64,000 nucleotides of DNA from NCBI RefSeq assembly GCF_001194135.2, contig NC_068985.1, forward strand, positions 29,341,197 to 29,405,196. Direction: 5' to 3'. The translations under genes were made by a program, and so were the position numbers. The notes beneath the pieces are model-generated. The model was not told the DNA's origin, did no database searches, and saw only the letters and a list, made by a program, of their open reading frames with translations. Shown piece by piece: positions 12,917 through 26,720 of the stretch (position 1 is the first letter of the stretch; every line of letters starts with the position of its first letter). The DNA is from Octopus bimaculoides. Taxonomy: Eukaryota.

Positions 12917-14395
12917 NNNNNNNNNNNNNNNNNNNNNNNNNNNNNNNNNNNNNNNNNNNNNNNNNNNNNNNNNNNNNNNNNNNNNNNNNNNNNNNNNNNN
13001 NNNNNNNNNNNNNNNNNNTATTTATGTGTGTGGATGTGTGTGTGTAGAGTTATGTTTTAAATCAGTTTATAAAAATGATTTCAGGCAGTATGAAAGGTGG
13101 TAGTAGTGTGTTCTTTGGATAGGAAACAGTAGAAGAAAAAATATGAAAATAAACAAAGAAAAAGTGAGACTAAAGTATTTCCAAAGTAAAAGAGTAAGAG
13201 GCAGGCACGCTGAAGACAAACAGTTAGCAACAAGCAGTATTATCACGGACTATAGTTGAAAACGGTCAGATAAACACCAACCATCAATTGCAATAATATC
13301 AAGTAAATAGGCAGGCTCTAGCAACTGTCAGTAGGCATTTCTTTTTGTTATTCCAAATCACAGGTTTCACTTTTTTACAACAGTAACATCTTACAGCAAA
13401 TCTTAACATCCTTTGCTTTCTTAATCCACAGTTTCATTAATTAAATTTCTCTCGTCTTTTTTTCCCCCCTCTCCGCCACTCTGCTAGGTGGGGTGGGGTT
13501 GATTGATACCGCGTTAAGTCTTTCCCAGTCTACAAATTGACAGGAGTTTTTTTTTTACAATTGCTTCTAGTGTTCACTTAGTTTTGCCTTGGTGTTATGA
13601 TAGGGAAAACAATTGAACGCAGCATGAAAATAAGCCATACAAGTCAGTGATGTAATACCAAGAACACATTACACAGAGTACAAAAAAAAAACAAGTGAAA
13701 TACCAAATTAAATTTAGTAGCTGGACGAAAGAAGAAAAAAAGTATAGCAGTTAATGAGCTCAAGTTCAAATGTAGGTATACACACTATGTGGATGTTTCT
13801 TAAACTGGGTTTGGTCATAGAAAATATTGATCAAAAGATGACAGAGCCAATTACAGATTATCCTATTATCGTCCACTTGCTTAGTGTACTAGAATGCTGG
13901 AGATTTAATAATAATTTTATACAGTGACTTACAGCAGTGGATAAAATAAAAAATAAAAAATGAAACAATGCAGCTACATTAACAATAGCCAACTGAGGAA
14001 ACAAAAGGATGAACTATCTAAGCATGTCAAGCCCTGCTATATTATTAATAAATAAATTACTTAGATAATTTTTATATTATAGTAGAATGACATACTTTTA
14101 TATTTTTCTTCCCCTGAGAGCAAATAAAGCTTCATATGTATTATGAATATGGATAGACTGAGTTTTTAAATCTCCTTTCGAAAAAGATAGCAACCGAGAT
14201 AATCACTATGGTAACTAGGTATGTGTGCAGGCATGGCTGTATGGTTAAGAAGCTCACTTTGCAAACACGTGGTACCAGGTTCAATACTACTGTACAGAAC
14301 CTTGTGCATTGGGTTGACCAATACACACCAAATGGAATTTGGTAAGACAGAAACCATGCAGAAGTTCTTAATACATATGTAGTGTGTGTAATGTT

Positions 14396-14441
<46 letters not shown>

Positions 14442-17400
14442 TTGGTAAACTATATAAAACAAAAAAAAAACTGAATGACACCCCTGGCAATATTGAGTAT
14501 TGAGCTAAAGACACTCCCTTGTCTCTCTTCATAAAAAAAAATACAATGAAGCAATAATTAGCCTATTGGAAACTTGTAACCAGTCATACTCAATCACAAA
14601 CTCATATAAAATATAAAATAAATAATTACAAAAATGGTTTTATACAATTTTTTTTTTTCACAATTCCAAAGTGATACAATATTGCAAATTCAACCTATCT
14701 AAACTAGCAAGGAAGAGGAAAAAAATATTTATTAGAATTACAAGAGTTACACTGTGTTCCTACTGCATTAAGATCAACTAATTAACAATTTAATATATTA
14801 CATTTTTTTAAAAAACTGGTTTGCTATACAACACATGATCATACTTATTTTCTCGTTTCTTTAGACTGTTTTTATAGCAAGTTGTATGAGTAGAAGTTAC
14901 GTGCCCCTAACTCAAACCTACAGTATTTCTTAGAGGGAAAAAACATTATGAATGGTCTCCCACAACATCCTCACAGAACAGTGTAGCTGACTCAGAGGGG
15001 GGGGGGGAGAAAGAGATGGGTGGGGAGAAAGAGATGGGTGGGGAGAAAGAGACTGACACAATACTTGATTGGCACTTTATTTATTGATCCCAGAAGGGTG
15101 GAAGGTAAAAATTAACCCCAGCAGGATTTGAAAGATATATCTAATAAATCAATCAAACACACTATTTTGTGTGCCAACTAACTTTTAGATTTAATGTTGT
15201 TGTATATTCTACATATCTAGCTATTTGTACCATGCTGAACTGATAAATAAACCCTATTTTCTTTGTGTTCACTTGACATTAGCATAAGCTGCATAAATTT
15301 TATGGAACTTTTTTTTAGAGTGAGAGGAAAAGGTGATGCCAATACTGGTAAGAGTAATTATTGTGATGTTAGCAGTGTTGTTGACAGTGGTGATAATGAT
15401 AGTGGCAACTAATGGTGAGGGGAATATTGGTTGCAGACAGTGAAAGAGGCAGCAGTAATATGGTGATAGAATTTGTGATGCTGATGGTGACTATAGGTAA
15501 GGTTTTGATGATAGTGGTAGCAGAAATGATAGCAATGGTGGTGATTACACTATAGCAGGAATTTAAATTCTTTATTGAGATGGATTTTAAAATGTTATAA
15601 CTATTACAACCTTTAAGTTTAAAAGCTACAGACTTACTTTTTCATATTTTCTGCTTATTGTATTAATGAAGAAAAACAATAAAAATAATTTATTTTGACT
15701 AGGCACAATACCAACTTTTGCAAAAGTGAGGCATTAAATAAATTGACAACGCTACTATTTTATCAATTTTGAAGAGACGAAGCACAAAGTCAATCCATCA
15801 GTATTTAAACTTTTGTAAACAAGGCAAAACTAAATGCTATAAGACAATTAATCTGACAGCTCATCAGATCTGCCAACACATTGCCATAATACAGAATTCT
15901 TACATAAAGTTGAACTGACTTACAGTATATTCATCATCATCATCATCATAATCATCGTTTAATGTCCATGTTCCATTCTGACATACTGATGGGCTCAAGG
16001 ACTGCATTGTGCTCCAGTGTCTACCTTGGCATGGTTTCTATAGCTTGATGACCATTGCTAGTAATTGTTTTATTGAATCCAATGGTATTTCAACATAGAA
16101 TATAAATAGATATAACAAAATAGTGCAAAGAATTTAATCCTACATTCTCTAGTGCTTTACATGTCACCAAAAGAAGAGACAATGGCTATTTTGAACTAGT
16201 GACCACAGTATTGAAACTGGATACAAAACACTGAAAACTCTTTTATCAATAGTAATGATTTGTTTATTAAATTTCTATTGTTTCTTAATTTAAAAATAAT
16301 ACACTTTCATCAGCAAAACCAAACAAAATATCACAAAGGACATTATATATATTTTTTTTTTCCTATTATGCTTTCAAAACTTTTCTCTCTCTCTTTTTTA
16401 CCACAACCCACTTTTTGACAAATCCTACCAGGACTCAACTTTTTAACAATAACCAAAAGTCAGTCTGATTTAATGTAGGGAAATTTAAATCTAATCAAAA
16501 CAAACAAGTATTAACCTGAAAAAAATTTCTTTAACTATTTTTTTTTTACATTATTACTAAGCCAACAATATTATTAAGTAAAACAGACATAACCTGATTG
16601 TAAGAAGCAACTAACAATTATTAACTAGGAAGATATTTAAGCATCACTTACTTCCTTAAAGTCCATAGAATAATATATATGATAGTTAGGTGCTTTGACT
16701 TATCTTGTTTCTTAGATACCTTATAATATCATAGCAATAGATCAATTCCATCACATGTTGCTTCCGCATTATTTATAAGTTTCAGCAAACAAAACAAATG
16801 GGTTACTAAATTTTCAGTATTCCAGAAATACCAATTACAAATATAATAAGCCAAAAATTCTTCAAAGCAGCTTGATTGGAAAGTTAAAGAAAATAATGGT
16901 GTCTGATTTAGGTACAAGGTCAATAATTTTAAGAAGGATGGGGTTAGTTGATACTCTTGACAGTTGATGATAGCCTCTACCCAACTCCAGGACTTGACTG
17001 GTCATCCCAGGAAGGCATGAATGAAGTTTTTGAAGGCTGATCTGAAAACACAGAGCCTTACAAAGGAGATGACAGAAGACTGAGATATGTGGCACACTGC
17101 TGTATTTGAGAAGACTATGCCCATTACAATACAGTTGAGATCCTAAGACCAAGGTGCCACATAAAAAGCACTGGTGTTAGTGCCACCTGTGGAGTGGTTG
17201 GCATTAGGAAGGGCATCCAGCCATTGAAACCAAGCCAAAACAGACTGTGGAACCTGCTGCAGTCCTTGGCCTTACCAGTTCTTGTCAAGCTGTTCATCCC
17301 ATGCCAGTAAAAAGAGTGGACGTTAAATGATGATGGTGATGAACCTCAGTGGGAACTGAACTCAAAATGTAAAGGGATGGAAGAAATACCACAAGGCATT

Positions 17401-18239
17401 ATTTTGTCTGACACACTAATGATTCCCCCAATCTTCTGCTATGAAGTTAAAGCAAATAAATATCAGAGTAGAACAGCTCTAAAAACAACAATTTCTGTTA
17501 CAATAACAAGAAAGATGATTAAACTTTTACAAGTATGGTGTGATGTTAAAAAAAAAAAAACCCACGTCATGATCTGAGAATCAACGGAAGGAGAACTAAC
17601 CAAAGATTAGAAGACTAATGAGAAAATAATATTTGATTGATGATCATGGGAGCAGTGTGAGTAATGACTATAAATATTTTGATAAATGTACACAGCAAAG
17701 AACACAAACAATAAAAAAAAAGTGGAGATCAGTTGAAAATTTGGAGATGACTCATAACTGAATACATAGATTAGCTTCAAAGAAGCCACATCCTGTTATA
17801 GTTGTTGTTAAGCTCCAAATCAAGCAGATTGCTGTGACCATTCATTTTCAGTTACAGTGTATGAAAGACAACCTCATCCAATAAAGAAAACAAGGGTTGT
17901 ATGTATATATGTATATATATGTACATACGTACGCACGCATGCATACATATGTATGTACTGGAGAGAGAGTGAGTGAGTGAGTGAGATGTGATTTCATCTA
18001 CTTCCCATGATAAAATGGGTTGGACAGTTCATCACAGTTTGAGCTAAGTCTTTTTCACAGTTACTGTCCTCCTAGAGAGCCTGCATCTCACTTGGATGTT
18101 CTAAGGTATATACGTATCCATAATGTGTATTCATTTAAACAGGATTTAGATAATCCTATCAGGTGGTGATATTAAGTTAGACATGGCCTGGACCAATCTT
18201 TGGTCGAAACATATCTAAGTTTATCTAAGTTTCTAAGTT

Positions 18240-18325
<86 letters not shown>

Positions 18326-18598
18326 TGTGTGTCTGTAGCATATTTATGTATGTATACATGAAGACATGCTGCTCGACATTCATTTCCCCATGTTTTGGCA
18401 AATTTGGATAGTTGCACAATGTGGGAACAACTGATTGTACAACTCGATACCATTTTCAATGAAAAGCATCAACCTAAAATTGATCAACCATTTTGTGAGC
18501 TAGGCAAACTGAGCTGAGTGGAGTTATGTGCCTTATTCCAAGACAATACATTTGCTGTAGCAAGACAGAGAACTGAAACATTATTACCATGCATCATT

Positions 18599-18810
18599 AA
18601 GGCGGAGCTGGCAGAATCGTTAGCACGCTGGATGAAAATGCTTAGCGGTATTTTGCCCGTTGTTCCATTCTGAGTTCAAATTCCACCAAGGTTGACTTTG
18701 CCGTTCATCCTTTTTGGGGTCGATAAAATAAGTACCAGTTGAAGACTGGGCTGATGTAATCAACTCATCCCCTTCCCCAAAATTGCTGCCCTTGAGGCAA
18801 AATTTGAAAC
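18599..18810 (+). mobile_element. SINE family B with an alternative tail
   Basis: Same head and body, tail ccccttccccaaaattgctgcccttgaggcaaaatttgaaac. 20-bp TSD with 3 mismatches (18579-18598 / 18811-18830). Related copies lie near 25118, 27300, 28600, 36975 and 56050. Confidence 0.82.
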
Positions 18811-19960
18811 CATTATTTCTGTGCATCATTGAGTACAAACAATTCAATGCCTTTCTTTATGTATTTGTTTTGTGACACTATGACATTCCTTTAAAAATGC
18901 AGGTTTTTGACGAGTACATATTTGAAGGGATAACAGAAATAAAAGGGAGGCTACATTGTCTTTTTTAAGATGAAAATTTGAGGCAAAATTAAAAAGTGAT
19001 TTTTTAAATTTAATCATTTTTAATAGAAAATATAGAGTTTCAGCACAGAAATGTGTGAGGTGGTTTTAGGAAGACTGAATACTTTATTTTGCCCAAATGA
19101 AGTAGACAGCTGCCATAACTGCACTTTTAGATATAAGAGATATGTACTTCAGAAGAAGATATATGGCTTAATGAGTAGCCAGAATTATAACCTTGGTACA
19201 AGCAATATACTGTGAACCCAGTGAAACAATTAGTAAATAAACTCAATATATGACTTTTAGAAAGGAAAGGTATTTAGAAAAAATGTCACTAAGTACAAAC
19301 TTCAGCAGATTGTGTAAACTTGATTTTAATATACAGCAAAATAGGAAAACACTTTTCCAAACTTATTATTTTGGTCCTAGGTTAAGGTAGAATAACTAAC
19401 CAGGAAATACACGTACTATCCTAAATAAATCAAGAACATTTGCAAAAGACTAAATTTTTAATATAGTATAATTGTACAGGTATCACTATGTTTGTTAACT
19501 AAAAATACATTACAAAGCTTGCAATAATATTAGCAATTTTTCTTACCATCAGCTCACCTCAACTACTAAAATGGTATTAGAATAATGATGATGATGACAA
19601 CGACCATGCCAGTAGCAATGATGACACTGACAAAAATAAACCTATATATGATGGCATTTAGCCCGACATTTAATATTATTAAAGAACTGACATTCTAGAC
19701 ATATTAGATTTAGAGACATATTTCAAACTTTTTGAAGTTGAATCTAATAATTCATATCAATTGACCTTTAATTTCTTCAAATGATAATATACAATGATAT
19801 TAATTTTTGCTTGTTGGTGACAAAACAACCTTAAGTTCTTATTTTAGAAAAGAGACTGAATAACTTTCTAGAATGTTGTATGCATAAAATTTTAGCAAGA
19901 ACTAAAGTGATTTGATTAGAAATAAAATATTCATACTTTCATATTTCTTTGAGCATCTCC

Positions 19961-19995
<35 letters not shown>

Positions 19996-20344
19996 GTAGC
20001 AATGATGTTAAATTAGCATAGCCACTTATATAATATAGTAAATGTTAAACTAGACTATAGTTTATACAGTCAGATATTTGATTATTTCTATGGACTCTTA
20101 ACAAGAAACAGAAAGCATGGGATATCTATAGGTCAAACAGGGAGATATTTCAAAAGGTTGCAGCTTTGGAGGGGAAATATTGAGGAAAAAGAAGAGTTTT
20201 AGAACATAGTTTGAGGATGCAAAACATATTAGAGGTGGAAAATGCAGGGGGAGTATGGAACACCCAGAGAACCACAGTTTGTTAATTTAGAGGGGCAAGA
20301 ATCATTGTAGCATGAGTAGATGAGACATAGAGAACTAATGGTGA

Positions 20345-20830
20345 ATGCATCGTCGTCGTTGTCGTCATCATCCTCATCATCATTATCATCATTTAACATT
20401 CATTGTCCATGCTGGTATGTGTTGGACAGTTTGACCAGGGCTGGCAAGCTGGAAGCTGCACCAGACTCGAGTCTGATTTGGCATGGTTTCTATGGCTGGA
20501 TGCCCTTCCTAATGGCAACCACTCCGAGAGTACAATGGGTGTTTTTAAATCCCACTGGCATGGGTGCCATTTGCATGACACCAGTATCTGTCACGACTAC
20601 GACTTTACTTGGTTTGATGGGTCTTCTTCTCAAGCACGGAATAATGCCAAAGATTTTGCTCATTCGTCATTGCCTCCGTGAGACCCAACACTCGAAAGAT
20701 GCTTTTATGTGCCACCAGCACAAGTGCCAGTTATGTGACACTAGCATTGGCCACAACCACGATTTCATTTGGTTTGACAGATCTTCTCAAATACAGTATA
20801 TTGCCAAAGGTCTTGGACTCGGTCAAAGCA
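20345..20830 (-). repeat. Older RTE 3' UTR and tail with duplicated modules
   Basis: Tail motif tttctatggctggatgcccttcctaatggcaaccac plus two ttggtttga..gtcttctcaa modules. Other old tail copies lie near 8320, 10215, 10700, 15925, 17150, 31636, 39735, 41335 and 49060. Confidence 0.8.
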
Positions 20831-21869
20831 GAAAAGAAAGATTAAGGAAACATCTAAACTGCATGTACATTAGCTTGGGAACATCTTACCTTCAATAAAA
20901 ATCAACTTACAGTTTAGTTTGTTAAGATCATATATGTTATCATCATCATTTTAATATCTAGTTTTCCTTGCAAAGGTCAGACAAGAGCATGTTGAGGCAG
21001 AGTTTTATTAAAGCTGGAAATCTTTCCTGTCAGTAACTCCAACTCATTTCCAAGTGAGGTAATAATCTCCTAGCCAATTAAGCAATAATAATCTGGATAA
21101 GGCTTATGCTGGTAACAGGAAAGAAATAACACCATTTAAGGAGCCATTTGTTAACAAAGGTCACACAGCATGTGAAGACAAGAAGCCTGAATATGTTCAT
21201 GGTGGACTGCAAACCAATGATACCAGCAGGAAATCATTGTCTACAAACACAAAAGAAACACACACACACACACACACACACGACACGCTTCATCTGCTTC
21301 CATCAACCAAATCGACTTACAAAGTTTTGGTCAGTCATGGTTACAGTAAAAGTTATTTATATATAGTACCATGCAGAGCGACTGAACCTGAAACCATGTG
21401 GTCAGGAAGCAAAGTTCTCAATCACATAACCATGGCTGGAAATGAACTAGTTGTATTTTTAATTAATGTATTTTGAAGTATTATTGATCAGCAACACAAT
21501 TTTAAAGACTAATCCCATTTGCTGAATATTAATTATTTATTAGTTTACTATTATATTATTCTAGTTATTCACATCTGTTTCAAAAAAACAAAAAAACAAA
21601 AATGAAAAATGATGATGGGGAGGTGGGATATATCTCGCCTACATCACAAACTGAGTTACTAATTTTCATTTGGTAAACAGCCTAAATGCAGCTGTGTACA
21701 TCACTTCCAATTTAGGATAATCTCCAATTCCTTCCTCCTACAAAGTTCATATGGTTCCAGATGTTAAGCCTTTACCACCTACGTTTACTTTACCTTTGCT
21801 TCCAACACAAATACTGAAGTAGAGCTAACAAAGTCTACTCTACAAAATAAACAAATTTTGTGTGTAAAT

Positions 21870-22093
21870 CATCATCATCATCATCATCGTTTAACGTCCG
21901 CTTTCCATGCTAGCATGGGTTGGACGATTTGACTGAGGACTGGTGAAACCGGATGGCAACACCAGGCTCCAGTCTAATTTGGCAGAGTTTCTACAGCTGG
22001 ATGCCCTTCCTAACGCCAACCACTCAGAGAGTGTAGTGGGTGCTTTTACGTGTCACCCGCACGAAAACGGCCACGCTCGAAATGGTGTCTTTT
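21870..22093 (-). repeat. RTE 3'-tail copy (very young)
   Basis: 21888-22055 differs from 35201-35368 at one of 168 positions. Confidence 0.92.
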
Positions 22094-22314
22094 GAAGACA
22101 CAATATAGTTACTTGGCCTGCTTCATTTAAGTACCAAATTTATCTAAAAGGAATCACAAGAACTAGTACTGAAAATCTAGAACAGCCTTCCTCAGCCCAA
22201 AGGAAAATGACCAGAAATATAATGTTTATCAAAAGAAATTCTATCTAATTAAACACTGGTCACTTTGATTAAGTAACAAATATTCTTATAGTAGGTATTT
22301 AAGAGAGACAAACA

Positions 22315-24076
22315 ATTAGGGAGAGAGTTAGTTTAGACAAGATGCAGTGTGGTTTTGTGCCAGGGAGAAGCACCACTGACGCTATATTTTTGGTGAGGCA
22401 GCTGCAGAAGAAATACATAGCCAAAGATAAACCTCTGTACTTTGCCTTTGTTGACTTGGCGAAAGCCTTTGACTGGGTCTCCTGATCCCTTATTTGGGAG
22501 CCAATGTGGAAACAAGGGACAGACGAGTGGTTGGTGAGAGCTGTACAAGCTATGTACAAGGATGCTACCAGTAAGGTGAGGGTTGGCAATAAGTATAGTG
22601 AAGAATTCAGGGTACAAGTAGGGGTTCACCAAGGATTGGTGCTCAGCCCCCTCTTGTTCATCATAGTCCTTCAGGCAATAACAGAGGAGTTCAAGACAGG
22701 TTACCCCTGGAAGCTCCTCTATGTTGATGACCTTGCTCTTATAGCTGAATCACTACTTGAACTAGAGAAGTTTCAGGTATGGAAGCAAGGTCTAGAATCA
22801 AAGGGCCTTAGAGTTAACATAGAAAAAACCAAAGTCATAGTAAGTAGGAAGGCAGACAAATCATAAATCCCTTCAGGTAGATGGCCCTGCTCAATTGTAG
22901 AAAAGGTGTAGGTAGAAATTGCATAAGATGCACCTAGTGTAAGCTTTGGATATATCAGGGTAAAGTTAACAGGGAAACTAGCTCTTGTATGCAGAAGTTG
23001 CACAGGTAAAATAAACACTGAAAATGGGCAGAAAACAGACTCCATCAACTGCCAAGGGGAAAAGCTAGAGATAGTAGATAGCTTCCTAATGGAAGCTATC
23101 TACTGGTAGTGGACGTGGGTGCACCGAGAGCGTAACTGTGAGAATAAGATTAGGATGGGTAAAGTTTAGGGAACTCCTACCCCTGCTGGCAACAAAGGAC
23201 CTCTCTCTCAGAGTGAAAGGCAGATTGTTTGAAGCTTGTATGCAAACAGCTATGCTGCATAGCAGTGAAACATGAGCTGTCACAGCCAAGGATAAGCTAG
23301 GCTTGAAAAAAATGAAGCCAGTATGCTTCACTGGATGTGCAATGTCAGTGTGTATGTTCGACAGTGTGCATGAGAGAAAAGTTAGGCATAAGAGGCATCA
23401 GGTGTAGTGTGCAAGTGAGACGACTGCACTGGTATGGTCATGTGATGCATATGGACAAGGACAGCTATGTAAAGAAGTGCCGATCTCTAACAGTAGAGGG
23501 AACCTATGGTAGAGGTAGACCAAGAAAGACATGGAACGAGGTAGTGAAGCACGATCTTTGAACTTTGAGCTCACAGAGGCAATGACTAGTGACTGAAACC
23601 TTTGGAGATGTGCTGTGCTTGAGAGGACTAATCAAGCCAAGTGCACCCATGTTGGTGGCATGTAAAGAACACCTTTCAAGCATTCAGCCTCGCAGAGATA
23701 AAGTGGCTGAGTTCCTTTCAAGCATTGGGACTCCCGGAGGCAAAGTGGCTGAATTCCTTTTGAGTGTTGGGCTTCACAGAGGCAATGACTGAAACCTTTG
23801 GCATTATATCGTACTTGAGAAGACCCATCAAACCAAGCGAAATCGAAGTTGTGACAGATACCGATGTCACACAAATTGGCAGCCATGCTGGTGGCATGTA
23901 AAAGCACCCATTACACACTCAGAGTGACTGGCGTCAGGAAGGGTATCCAGCCATGGAAAACCATGCCAAATCAGACTGGAGTCTGGTGCAGCCTTCCAGA
24001 CTATCAGCCCTGGTCAAACTGTCCAACCCATGCCAGCATGGAAAAAAAGGACATTAAATGATGATGATGATGATGA
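22315..24076 (+). mobile_element. 5'-truncated RTE-clade LINE (RT core, PHD finger, C-terminus, 3' UTR, (GAT)n tail)
   Basis: QCGFVPGRSTTDAIF, FVDLAKAFD, GVHQGLVLSPLLF, LLYVDDL, RRLHWYGHV and GRGRPRKTW, with stops and frameshifts. The tail ends ggacattaaatgatgatgatg. Confidence 0.92.
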
Positions 24077-24212
24077 TAATTGATGTGCAACAAAACAGTC
24101 TTCAGTAGAATCAGAAATATCCATTTTTGCAGAATAAATTTACAGTTGCTTTCATGATTTTCAACAGATACCTAAAGATGCTGAATATGAAAAGTTTAGA
24201 AGCTAATATTCT

Positions 24213-24445
24213 TATTTCTTTACTGCCCACAAGGGGCTACACACAGAGGGGACAAACAATGACACAAATGGATTAAGTCAATTACATCGACCCCAATGCG
24301 TAACTGGTACTTAATTTATCGACCCCGAAAAGATGAAAGGCAAAGTCGACTTCGGCGGAATTTGAACTCAGAATGTAGTGGCAGAAGAAATGCCACTAAG
24401 CATTTCGTCCGGCATGCTAACGTTTCTGCCAGCTTGCAGCCTTAT
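24213..24445 (-). mobile_element. tRNA-headed SINE, family B, young copy
   Basis: Perfect 18-bp TSD tttagaagctaatattct (24195-24212 / 24446-24463). Body ttcaaattccgccgaagtcgactttgcctttcatc...ggggtcgataaattaagtaccag. Confidence 0.9.
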
Positions 24446-25930
24446 TTTAGAAGCTAATATTCTATTTGGAAGCAGAATACATGAATTTAATATATGAAGA
24501 ATGTTCATAAGTGACTTCCATGGAGTCATTTCAATGAAAACAAACAGTAACAGCTTTATACAACTACATAGAAAAGGAAAAAAAAAAAAAATCAGGTATA
24601 TGTTGTGTGGTGACTGGCATGCCAAAGAATAGACCCAAAGTTTCTTCTGCATATCAGAAAAGGTGAGTGAAAGGGGTTGAGTTAGAATTTGCAAACCAAC
24701 CTTGTAAAACTCTTGCCAGAAATGACTACCTAAGCAGATCCATGGGTTGGAGAGTTGTCACTTGAGCAGTGCAAAGGTGTCATCTGTGAGGAGTAGGGAA
24801 TCACTAACAAATGGTAGATGCAGTGTTACAGCTCAGGCCCCCACACAACTACTAATGCTACTGTCTCTAAATCCTAATAAGTATTTTGATATAGTAGAGT
24901 TAAATTTTTGTAAGGGAGACAATCGAAGTATAAGCCAGATTATGAATATTATAAACATATTTTAATCTTACATAATATAAAGTTTTTATGAACTAAATTC
25001 ATTTAGTTGTCTCTGTTCACTGATACAGATACTGCTGAAAATATTATGGACACTAGCTCTCCTTCTCAACGGAAATAGTTAAAGAAATACAGAGCAATAA
25101 CTTCAAGCTTAACAAGGTGGTGAGCTAGCAGAATCATTAGCATGCTAGGCAAAATAGTGGCATTTCATCCATCTTCATAACCTAAGTTCAAATTCCAATG
25201 AGGTTGATTTTGTCTTTCATCCATTCAGGATTGATAAAATAAGTACCAATTGAACACTAGAGTCAATGTAATTAACTTATCTCCTCCCACAAAACTGCTG
25301 GCTTTGTACCAAAATTTGAAACCAATAAAATCAGAAACAAATATAATTTCCAACTTCAATTTTTATTTTCTCAAATGAACTTATTGACCCAAGAAGCATT
25401 TTAGTGAACCAGATTAACTATAACAAAGATATTTTCTATTACATTTACAGCAAGGTACAATTTGAGAAAAATTTGGTTGCTATTTTTAGCAGGTCAATTG
25501 ACAACATATTAGCTCCTGCATTAGGTTGTATTTTTTGTTTTATTTATTCATTTATTCTGTTTTCTTATTTTGGTGTATCTACGTGCAGCAAGTAATAAAG
25601 AAAGGAAATTAGTAGGTGCAATAGTTACTTGTACACGAAGAGTTATCTCCCTTACAACATATAGCTGTTGGTTTTGTATTTTACGCACGGAGTATGAGAG
25701 TGATTTTGTCAGTGAAGATCGCCGCCGTCATCGTCGCGATCGTGTTCGCTAATGTAACCACCATCGTCCTCTGTCTAATCAAATTTTTTATTTAAAAAAT
25801 GTTTAAATGCTTTTATTTTCCATACTTTGTGAATAAAAGTAGTCAGTTCTGTGAATCAAAGGCAGTCATGGTTTCACTTTACAAAGATCTTACTATATCA
25901 ACTGAAGAACCAATGAAGAGGCCTTTATAT

Positions 25931-26077
25931 GAAGTTTGGGCAACCTTTTCCGAAAAGCATACTGCATAAAGCATGACACATTATCAGGCGGACCACACTA
26001 TTAAAATAAATTCGAAGTAATTTCCCATTAGGCATGCCATTCAGAAAGTCTCATAGGCCATAATTTGTCCACAACTG
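25931..26077. mobile_element. Possible old hAT MITE
   Basis: Degenerate ends (gaagtttgggcaac / tttgtccacaactg) and flanks ctttatat / ctctatag. Confidence 0.3.
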
Positions 26078-26421
26078 CTCTATAGTCACTTAACCTGCTA
26101 GAAAACCAGACAAATCTTCCTCAGATTATATAGTATTGTCTTAAAAACCCACACTGGACAATGCAGTCCTTGCTATCCCTAAAAAGATTGCAGACTCTGA
26201 ATGTCTTTCAACTTGGTCTGCTTAATCAAGGCTGCCATGGACCTCAACAACAATAGACATGCTGACAAGGGAGACTATATGGTTGCTCATCCTGCTAAAA
26301 GAAGAGGCCAAATCCCTCTCAAATCAAACCTAATTAGCTTAAGAAAAAAAAAAGAAAAAAAGAAGGTACACTGCTTCATGTAATCAATGATATACTATAC
26401 TGGGACGGGTAGAAGTGAATT

Positions 26422-26720
26422 GTGGAGGCACATGGCCTAGTAGTTAGAGCAGCGGACTTGCGATTGAGGGATCGCAGGTTCAAATCTCCGACCTGGCGAT
26501 GTGTGTGTTTATGAGCAAAAACACCTAAGCTCCACACAGCTCTGGCAGAAGGTAATGGCAAACTTCTGCTGACTCTTTCGCCACAATTTTCTCTCACTCT
26601 TTCCTCCTGCATCTAGCAGCTCACCTGCAATGGACCAGCGTCCCACCCAGGTGGGGAACCTATACGCCAATGAAACCAGCTCTTATGAGCCAGGCATGGC
26701 TCAAGAAGGAAAAAAACAAC
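26422..26720 (+). mobile_element. SINE family C with a different 3' tail
   Basis: Head and body match 37410-37590, then diverge. 11-bp TSD agaagtgaatt / agaattgaatt. Confidence 0.82.

Noticed and set aside
26422-26500. tRNA-like sequences (also near 37410, 41797, 29130 and 18599)
   Set aside because: They are SINE heads running directly into repeat bodies and tails, with no complete cloverleaf or acceptor stem.
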